This document shows positions 52,671 through 64,000 of a DNA stretch of 64,000 nt, one piece after another (within the stretch, counting starts at the first letter, position 1; every line of letters begins with the position of its first letter). Source of the DNA: the human T2T-CHM13v2.0 reference genome, Homo sapiens; NCBI RefSeq assembly GCF_009914755.1, contig NC_060927.1; one strand, written 5' to 3'. The position numbers and the translations under genes were made by a program. A model generated the notes under the pieces. That model saw nothing but the letters and a program-made list of their open reading frames with translations. It was not told where the DNA came from and made no database searches.

Positions 52671-52845
52671 CAGTGGTTCTCAACCTCGGCTGCACATTGG
52701 AATAACTTGGGGGTTTTTAAAAATCCCAATGTTTAGGCCTCACCCTGGACTGACTAATCAAAACCTCTGGAAGCAGGACTCAAGTATTGGTATTGTTTAA
52801 AGCTTTCCAAGTGATTCCCTGTGCAGACAAGATTGCAAACTAACG
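52671..52845. mobile_element. MER5B hAT MITE
   Basis: 'cagtggttctcaacctcggctgcacattggaat..'; perfect 8-bp TSD ctttagtg (52663-52670, 52846-52853). Confidence 0.9.
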
Positions 52846-53701
52846 CTTTAGTGTTTTTCTTTTGTAAGCATGCTGTTTTGCTGTTAAGATTAAATGGCTA
52901 TATTGTATTGTGTTAAGAAATTAACAATGATATTAATATATTTCAATTTTATTGAGATTTTTAATAAAAATAGTTCCTAAATTTTGTCAAATATGAGGGT
53001 TATGTGATTTTTCTCCATAGAACTATTAATATAATGAATTATAATTCTATTACCTCTCTAGTAATATAATGACTTATATTAATGGATTCCTAATGTTGAA
53101 CTATCCTTGCATTTCTTGAATAAAACTCAGTTGGTATTAAAGCATTCTTCTTTGAATATCCCATTTGATAAAATTACATGGAAGATGTTTACAACCTTGT
53201 GAGATTGCAATACTATTTATTTTATGTGTGGGAAATCATTCACAGGTTTGACATCAATGTTATACTCACATTATAAAAATAATTTGGAACTTTTCCTATC
53301 ACTTAAAGTAACCTAGATTGGTATTGGTATGGACTTCTTTAAAATTTGACTGAATTCCCTTGAAGCTCCTGGGCTTGCTGTTTTCCTGTGTGTGTTGGAG
53401 TGGGGATGGGGTGTGGGAACATAGCTCTTTGACAACTTTTCTTTTTCTTCTCCAGAGGTCAGTTAGTTTAGATTTTCAATCTCTTATTGGGCACATTTTA
53501 GTAAATTATATTTTCCTAAAAGTTAGCTATTTAATCCAGCCAGGTTTTCTAATTGATTTTCAGAGTTGACTATTCTTTAAGATTCTTTTAATTTCCCTTA
53601 TTTTCCTATTTGTTTTCATTTTATTATTTTAAACATTTCCACAATTGTACTTTTTATCTTAATTAGGTCAGCTAGCAATTTACTTAACTTAGAGATATTT
53701 T

Positions 53702-56070
<2,369 letters not shown>

Positions 56071-57156
56071 TAGACTCTAAATCCATTTATTTTTCATCTT
56101 TTTAATTAATGTATTAAAGGCTATCAATTTTCCTCTGGGCCCAATTTACCTGTTTATCATAGGTTCTCAAATACAGTGTTTTTATCATCATTGTTTTACA
56201 AAAATCCTCTGGTTTGGGTTTGTACTTCTTTTTTAACCCAAGAGTTGATTAACGCAGAGTTTAAAAATTTTTAGATAGAAATGTCTTTTTGTTTTCCACT
56301 TTTGTCGTTGAATTTCTAGTTTATTACATAGTGGTCAGAAGATTTTTCTATACTTTTCCTACTTTCTGGAGATTCTTAAAGTTTCCTTTTGGCTTAATGC
56401 ATATTCATATATATGAGTATGTTCCATGGACACTTGAAAATAAGTGTAGTATACTTTCAAGGTGCAGCGTTCAATACAGATTAACTATATCTATCTTGTT
56501 AATTAAGTCTTTGATTTTTTCTTTTCTATCTCCATAATATGTCATGAACTCAGATAGCTGAATCAAAATCTACAACTACTAGTATATTTCTGAATATTTA
56601 TGACTACTACTGCCTATATATTAAATAAATGTTTAATTTGCATTGTGAATTGCATTCTTTGGCATTATAAAATGCCTTTTTTTGGACATGTTTAGTGCTT
56701 TGTAGTCTGAATTCTGTCTTGCTTGATATTAACATCAAGTCTAATGTTCTTTTTTTGTTTACATTTGCCTAGTACACATTTACCCATTCTTTTGTTTTCA
56801 ACCTGCTGGAATTGCTTTGTTTTAGGAGTGCTTCCTATATAAAGCTTGGAGTTAGTTTTTGTTTTGTGATCCAATCTAAAGATGTTTTTAAAAATAAATG
56901 ACTAAAGTTTATTTACATTAATTGGTAAGATAGATGTTTTTAGTGTTACTTTTATCATTTTATTATATTATTTATATAGACAGTTTAAATTGTTCACTGG
57001 ATCTTTTATTTGCTTTGCTCTCTCTCCTTATACACATGTGAGTGGGTGTGTGTGTCTCATGCTTTGAGTTCTTCTAGTATATAAAAAGTTGTAGTTTTGT
57101 TCTAATTATTATCTTCATAATTATGACTATTTATAATATCCTTAGTTCCAAAATTA

Positions 57157-57368
57157 AGTGCTTCTCAGCCTGGTTCACATCATGGCATATCTAAAAGATG
57201 GTATTTGCATGACACATTTTGGTTAATGGATGAGACATCTGAAGGTGGCTGGCCTGGGTGAGGGTGGGGTTTCTTCTGCGACCTCAAACTCTCCAGTGGC
57301 ACTAGGGCCTAAGGATATCACTGTCTCAGCACACCTAGGCATTTCAGTGCAACTATTGATAAACTCCA
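57157..57368. mobile_element. hAT-Charlie-like MITE (family uncertain)
   Basis: GC-richer block starting 'agtgcttctcagcctgg' and ending 'ttgataaactc', resembling Charlie terminal repeats. Confidence 0.45.
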
Positions 57369-57865
57369 CCATTTCTTGATATTGGAAAGATAAAATTTGC
57401 TTTTTCCTCTTCCTTCCCCTCTGTGTTGTATTTAGTATCTTAGTGTTTACCTTTGTATTACCACATATGCTTATGTTTCTGTTACTGATCTACCAGCTCT
57501 AAACAATATCCTTTGACTTCCAGTCATTACAGATTCAGCAATCAAGATATTTATTACTATTATTTATTATAATACCTCCCACTTCCCCTTCACTGTTCCT
57601 TCCCATTTTTCAGGTTTTTTTTGGGTATCTTTTCTACTTTATTGGGACACAGGTGTCCCATAAAATTAGGGTCCCAATTAGGTATTAGGGTCCCAATTTA
57701 GTGACTCTAATTCCCATATTTGTTTTAGTGTTTTCTTGGTTTTGTTATTTGTAAGTTGAATTTGTTTTGCTCGTCTGCTTCTATCATTTTATCTGTAATT
57801 TAAAAAACTCTTCCTTTATTTTGAAGTAATGTGGTTTCTTATTCCTTTCTTCTATATCCCACAAG

Positions 57866-58023
57866 CCCTTTCTACTTCAAAGTGTCATCCACTGATAAAC
57901 GCCAGCTGGGAGCTTGTTAGAAATGTAGACTCTCAGGCCCTATCCCAGACCTACTGAATTCGAATCTGTGTTTTAACAAAACCCCCAGCTGAGTCACATA
58001 CATTTTAGGTACGAGAAACATTG
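57866..58023. mobile_element. MER5A1-like hAT MITE
   Basis: 'ctgggagcttgttagaaatgtagactctcaggccctatcccagacctactgaat..aatctgtgttttaacaa'. Confidence 0.85.
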
Positions 58024-58236
58024 TTTTACAGTGTTTTTTGAAGACTCTAACCCTTGGGATCCACGATGGTTTTATTTTTGACTTCTACTCTTTTTTGGGG
58101 GAGAGTGGGGTTGTACCAGCTTACCTTTCCTATCCTCTTGTTGTCTGACCATCTTCTCCCCGATTCTTACATTTCTTTCTGTAGCATTCCTTCCTTCATA
58201 AAGGCTATTTATAGTTCATGGTGAAAGTCCTGATTA

Positions 58237-58785
58237 CAGCAGTGGATTAAAGATAGCTGCAAATTCTGTGACTCTCCTCTCAATGAGGTGGGATCTATGT
58301 CCTCTTGTCTTGAATCTGGGTGACATCTGTGACCGCTTTGCTAAACAGAGTATAGCAGAGAAACTAGCTATGCTGGCTTCAGTACCCAGGCCTTAAGAAA
58401 CTGTGAGCTTCTATTGTCTTTCTCTTGGAACGTTGAACTCCCATGTAAGAAGGCTGACTATCCTGAGACCACCATGCTGGAGAGATTATGTGAGGAGGCT
58501 TTGAGACTATAGAAAGTGAAAAAGCAGCTCAGATGAGCCCAGGCTTCCAGACATTACTGACAAGGTGCCAGGCATGTGAGTGAAGCCTACTTAGATCTCC
58601 AGACCAACCAAACCACCAGCTGAAAACTACCAAGTGACCCCAGTTGAAAAGATGTGCAGTGAAAGAATCGCCCAGCTGAGTCCTGTCTGAATTCCTGACC
58701 CATAAAAATATAAGATATAAGTAGTTGTTGTTTTAACCCATCAAGCTTTAGGTAATTTGTTAGACAGCAATAGATAATTGAAATA
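58237..58785 (+). mobile_element. MaLR solo LTR (MLT1G/H-like), near full length
   Basis: 'cttgaatctggg..ccaggccttaaga..accaccatgctggagag..cccagctgag..aattcctgacc..cagcaatagataa'. Confidence 0.85.
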
Positions 58786-59172
58786 TTTACAAATTTCCTC
58801 TGTTTTGGGGAACATTTTTTATTATGAGGATTCTTTGTATGTTGCTAAGTTTTGATTCTCTTTTCTGCATTTTTTCCTCCAATATCTGTCTTTTAATGCT
58901 GTATCAATTCCCTTTTTTGTTGCTCACCATTGAAATAGTTGAATTTTTCTGGGCCAGCTATCTTTATTATTATTATTTAAGTTCTGGGATACATGTGCAA
59001 AACGTGCAGGTTTGTTACATAGGTATCCATGTGCCATGGTGATTTGCTGCACCCATCAACCCATCATCTACTTTAGGTATTTCTCCTAATGCTATCCTTC
59101 CCGTAGCCCCCCACCCCTCAACAGGCCTCCCTGTGTGATGCTCCCCTCCCTGTGTCCATGTGTTCTCATTGT

Positions 59173-62100
59173 TCAACTCCCACTTATGAGTGAGAACATG
59201 CGGTGTTTGGTTTTCTATTCCTGTGTTAGTTTACTGAGAATGATGGTTTCCAGCTTCATCCATGTCCCTGCAAAGGACATGAACTCATTCTTTCTTACTG
59301 CTGCATAGTATTCCATGGCATATATGTACCACATTTTTTTAATCCAGTCTATCATTGATGGGCATTTGGGTTGGTTCCAAGTCTTTGCTATTGTGAATAG
59401 TGCTGCAATAAAGATACATGTGCATGTGTCTTTATAGTGGAATGATTTATAATCCTTTGTGTATATACCCACTAATGGGATTGCAGGGTCAAATGGTATT
59501 TCTGGTTCTAGATAGATGAGGAATTGCCACACTGTCTTCCACAATGATTGAACTAATTTACACTCCCAACAGTGTAAAAGCTTTCCTATTTCTCCACATC
59601 CTCTCCAGCATCTGTTGTTTCCTGACTTTTTAATGATCACCATTCTAACTGGTGTGAGATAGCTCATTGTGGTTTTGATTTGCATTTCTCTAATGACCAG
59701 TGATGATGAACTTTTTTTCATATGTTTTTTGGCCGCATAAATGTCTTCTTTTGAGAAGTGTCTGTTCGTATTCTTTGCCCACTTTTTGATGGGTTTTTTT
59801 TTCTTGTAAATTTGTTTAAGTTCCTTGTAGATTCTGGATATTAGCCCTTTGTCGGGTGGATAGATTGCAAAATTTTTCTCCCATTTTGTAGGATGCTTGT
59901 TCACTCTGAGGATAGTTTCTTTTGTGGTGAAGAAGCTCTTTAGTTTAATTACATCCCATTTATCAACTTTGGCTTTTGTTGCAATTGCTTTTGATGTTTC
60001 AGTCATGAAGTTCTTGCCCATGCCTATGTCCTGAAAGGTATTGCCTAGGTTTTCTTCTAGGGTTTTTATGGTTTTAGGTCTTACGTTTAAGTCTTTAACC
60101 CATCTTGAGTTAATTTTTGTATAAGGTGTAAGGAAGAGGTCTGGTTTCAGTTTTCTGCATATGGCTAGCCAGTTTTCCCAGCACCATTTATTAAATAGGG
60201 AATCCTTTCCCCATTGCTTGTTTTCATCAGGTTTGTCAAAGATCAGATGGTTGGAGATGTGTGGCATTATTTCTGAGGCCTCTGTTCTGCTCCATTGGTC
60301 TATGTATCTGTTTTGGTACCAGTACTATGCTATTTTGGTTACTGTAGCCTTGTAGTATAGTTTGAAGTCATGCCTCTAGCTTTGTTCTTTTTACTTAGGA
60401 TTTTTCTTGGCTATACAGGCTCTTTTTTGGTTCCACATGAAATTTAAAGTAGATTTTTCTAATTCTGTGAAGAAAGTCAGTGGTAGCTTGATGGGGATAG
60501 CATTGGATCTATAAATTACTTTGGGCAATATGGACATTTTCACGATATTGATTCTTCCTATCTATGAGCACAGAATGTTTTTCCACTTGTTTGTGTCCTC
60601 TCTTATTTCCTTGAGCAGTGGTTTGTAGTTCTTGAAGAGGTCCTTCACGTCCCTTGTAAGTTGTTTTCCTAGGTATTTTATTCTCTTTTTAGCAATTGCA
60701 AATGAAAGTTCACTCAGGATTTGGCTCTCTGTTTGTCTATTATTGGTGTATAGGAATGCTTGTGATTTTTGCACATTGATTTTGTATCCTGAGACTTTGC
60801 TAAATTTGAGTATCAGCTTAAGGAGATTTTGGACTCAGATGATGGGGTTTTCTAAATATACAGTCATGTCATCTGCAAACAGAGACAACTTGACTTCCTC
60901 TCTTCCTATTTGCGTACCCTTTATTTCTTTCTCTTGCCTTATTGCCCTGGCCAGAACTTCCAATATTATGTTTAAAAGGAGTAGTGAGAATGGGCATCCT
61001 TGTCTTGTGCCGATTTTCAAAGCAATGCTTGCAGCTTTTGCCCATTCAGTATGATATTGGCTGTTGGTTTGTCAAAATACCGTTCATTATTTTTAGATAC
61101 ATTGCTTCAATACCTAGTTTATTGAGAGTTTTTAGCATGAAGCATTGTTGAATTTTGTCGAAGGCCTTTTCTGCATCTATTGAGATAATCATGTGGTTTT
61201 CGTCATTGGTTCTGTTTATGTGATGGATTACATTTATTGATTTGTGTATGCTGAACCACCCTTGCATCCCAGGGATGAAGCCAACTTGATTGTGGTGGAT
61301 AAGCTTTTTGATGTGCTGCTGGATTTGGTTTGCCAGTATTTTATTGAGGATTTTCACATCGATGTTCATCAGGATGTGAAATTTTGTTTTTTTTTGTTGT
61401 GTCTGCCAGTTTTGGTATCAGGATGATGTTGGCCTCATAAGATGAGTTAGGGAGGAGTCCCTCTTTTTCTGTTATTTGGAACAGAAATATTTCTGTTATT
61501 TGGAACAGTTTCAGAAGGAATGGTAGCAGCTCCTCTTTGTACCTCTGGTAGAATTTGGCTGTGAATCTGTCTGGTCCTGGGCTTTTTTTGGTTGGTAGGC
61601 TATTAATTACTGCCTCAATTTCAGAACTTGTTATTGGTCTATTCAGGGATTTGACCTCTTCCTGGTTTATTCTTGGTAGGGTGTGGGTGTCCAGGAATTT
61701 ATCCATTTCTTCTAGATTTTCTAGTTTATTTTTGTAGATGTGTTTATAGTATTCTCTGATGGTAGTTTGTATTTCTGTGGGATTGGTGGTGATCTCCCCT
61801 TTATCATTTTTTTATTGAGTCTTTTTGATTCTTCCCTCTTTTCTTCTTTATTAGTCTTGCTAGTGGTCTATCTATTTTGCTAATCTTTTTGAAAAACCAG
61901 CTCATGGATTCATTGATTTTTTGAAGGGTTTTTCATGTCTCTATCTCCTTCAGTTCTGCTCTGATCTTAGTTATTTCTTGTCTTCTGCTAGCTTTTGAAT
62001 TTGTTTGCTCTTGCTTTTCTAGTTCTTTTAATTGTGATGTTAGGGTGTTGATTTTAGATCTTTCCTGCTTTCTCCTGTGGGCATTTAGTGCTATAAATTT

Positions 62101-62570
62101 CCCTCGAAACGCTGCTTTAGCTGGGTCCCAGAGATTCTGGTATGTTGTATCTTTGTTCTCGTTGGTTTAAAAGAACTTATTTATTTCTGCCTTAATTTCA
62201 TTATTTACCTAGTAGTCATTTGGGAGCAGATTGTTCAGTTTCCATATAGTTGTGCGATTTTGAGTGAGTTTCTTTATCCTGAGTTGTAATTTGATTGCAC
62301 TGTGGTCTGAGAGAATATTTGTTATGATTTCCATTCTTTTGCATTTGCTGAGTAGTGTTTTACTTCCAATTATGTGGTCAATTTTAGAATAAGTGCGATG
62401 TGGTGCTGAGAAGAATGTATATTCTATTGATTTGGGGTGGAGAGCTCTGTAGATGTCTGTTAGGCCTGCTTGTTGCAGAGCTGAGTTCAGGTCCTGGATA
62501 TCCTTGTTAACCTTCTATCTCATTGATCTGTCTAATATTGACAGTGGGGTGTTAAAGTCTCCCACTGTGT
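59173..62570 (-). pseudogene. L1 ORF2p relic, multiply frameshifted, endonuclease N-terminus deleted
   Basis: ORF fragments with 'GDFNTPLS', 'KSPGPD', 'LFADDM' and 'CWRGCGE'. Confidence 0.92.
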
Positions 62571-63420
62571 GGAAAATTCTAAGTTGAATCTTCTTTTCTT
62601 TTAAGAATGTTGAATATTGGCCCCACTCTCTTCTGGCTTGTATGGTTTCTGCAGAGAGATCCACTGTTAGTGTGATGGGCTTCCCTTTGTGGGTAACCCG
62701 ACCTTTCTGTCTGGCTGCCCTTAAAATTTTTTTCCTCATTTCAACCTTGGTGAATCTGACAATTATGTGTCTTGGGGTTGCTCTTCTCGGGGAGCATCTT
62801 TGTGGTGTTCTCTGTATTTCCTGAATTTGAATGTTGGCCTGTCTTGCTAGGTTGGCATACTTCTCCTGGATAATATCCTGAAGAGTGTTTTCCAACTTGG
62901 TTCCATTCTCCCCATCACTTTCAGGTGCAACAATCAATCATATGTAGGTTTGGTTTTTTCACATAATCCCATATTTCTTGGAGGCTTTGTTCATTAATTT
63001 TCATTCTTTTTTCTCTAATCTTGTCTTCATGCTTTATTTCATTAAGTTGATCTTCAATCTGTGATATCCTTTCTTCCACTTGATTGATTTGACTACTGAT
63101 ACCTCTGTATGCTTTCCCGTGCTGTGTTTTTCAGCTTTACCAGGTCAATTATGTTCTTCTCTAAACTAGTTATTCTAGTTAGCAATTCCTCTAACCTTTT
63201 TTCTAGGTTCTTAGCTTTCTTGCATTGGGTTAGAACATGCTCCTTTAGCTCGGAGGAGTTTGTTATTACCCACCTTCTGAAGCCTAGTTCTGTTAGTTTG
63301 TGAAACTCATTCTCCATCCAGTTTTGTTCCCTTGCTGGCGAGGAATTGTGATCCTTTGGAGGAGAGGAGGCATTCTGGTTTTTGGAATTTTCAGCTTTTT
63401 TGCACCTTTTTTTCCCTCAT
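62571..63420 (-). pseudogene. L1 ORF1p relic, C-terminus deleted
   Basis: 'PESDGENGTKLENTLQDIIQE', 'TPRHIIVRFTKVEM', 'ARREWG'; ATG at 63418-63420 (minus). Confidence 0.9.
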
Positions 63421-64000
63421 GTTCATGGATTTATCTACCTTTGGTCTTTGATGTTGGTGACCTTCATATGCGGTTTATGTGTGGATGGATGTCCTTTTTG
63501 TTGATGTTGATGCTATTCTTTTCTGTTTGTTAGTTTTCCTTCTAACAGTCAGGCCCCCTGCTTCAGTTCTGCTGGAGTTTGCTGGAGGTCCACTCCACAG
63601 CCTGTTTGCCTGGGTATCACCAGCGGAGGCTGCAGAACAACAAAGATTGCTGCCTGCTCCTTTGTCTGGAAGCTTTGTTTCAGAGGGGCACCTGCCAGAT
63701 GCCAGCCAGAGCTCTCCTGTATGAAGTGTCTGTCGATCTCTGCTGGGAGATATCTCCCAGAGGAGGCATGGGGGTCAGGGACCCACTTAAGGAGGCAGTC
63801 TGTACCTTAGCAGAGCTCAAGCACTGTGCTGGGAGATCCGCTGCTCTCTTCAGAGCTGGCAGGCAGGAACGTTTAAGTCTGTTGAAGCTGCATCCACAGC
63901 CGCCACTTCCCCTAGGTGCTCTGTCTCCGGGAGATTGGAGTTTTATCTATAAGCCCCTGACTGGGGCTGCTGCCTTTCTTTCAGAGATGCCCCACCGAGA

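Larger units (their letters stand above)
58962..64000 (-). mobile_element. L1PA7-like LINE-1, near full length, running off the window inside its 5' UTR
   Basis: 3' end 'gttctgggatacatgtgca..gcacccatcaaccc..'; ORF2, ORF1 and 5' UTR in order; internal deletion near 62570. Confidence 0.95.

Noticed and set aside
63540-64000. L1 antisense promoter or ORF0
   Set aside because: The 5' UTR is CpG-decayed, and the ORF0 start would lie just beyond the window end, so it cannot be assessed

Overview
AT-rich, CpG-poor primate (probably human or ape) non-coding DNA. I see no credible host protein-coding exon, tRNA/rRNA or CpG island. All convincing ORFs are LINE-1 ORF1/ORF2 relics; the rest are chance ORFs or come from Alu and microsatellite sequence. 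The first ~50 kb is old MIR/L2/MaLR/hAT relics interspersed with several repeat-free, homeodomain/TALE-motif-rich islands (~8.0, 9.2-9.8, 14.4-14.7, 23.0, 28.0-28.4, 39.7-40.0 and 49.2 kb) that look like developmental enhancers. The last ~14 kb is a nested pile of insertions in an old L1M. It includes a twin-primed (5'-inverted) L1PA3-like element with an 11-bp TSD, and a near full-length L1PA7-like element whose internal deletion fuses ORF1 to the ORF2 endonuclease. I found no new multi-gene system. The best leads are the PBX-HOX/MEIS enhancer candidate, a duplicated TCF/LEF site, three fold-back templated-insertion scars, two candidate non-coding exons and the L1 rearrangements. Repeat subfamily names come from recalled consensus sequences, and boundaries of old repeats are approximate.
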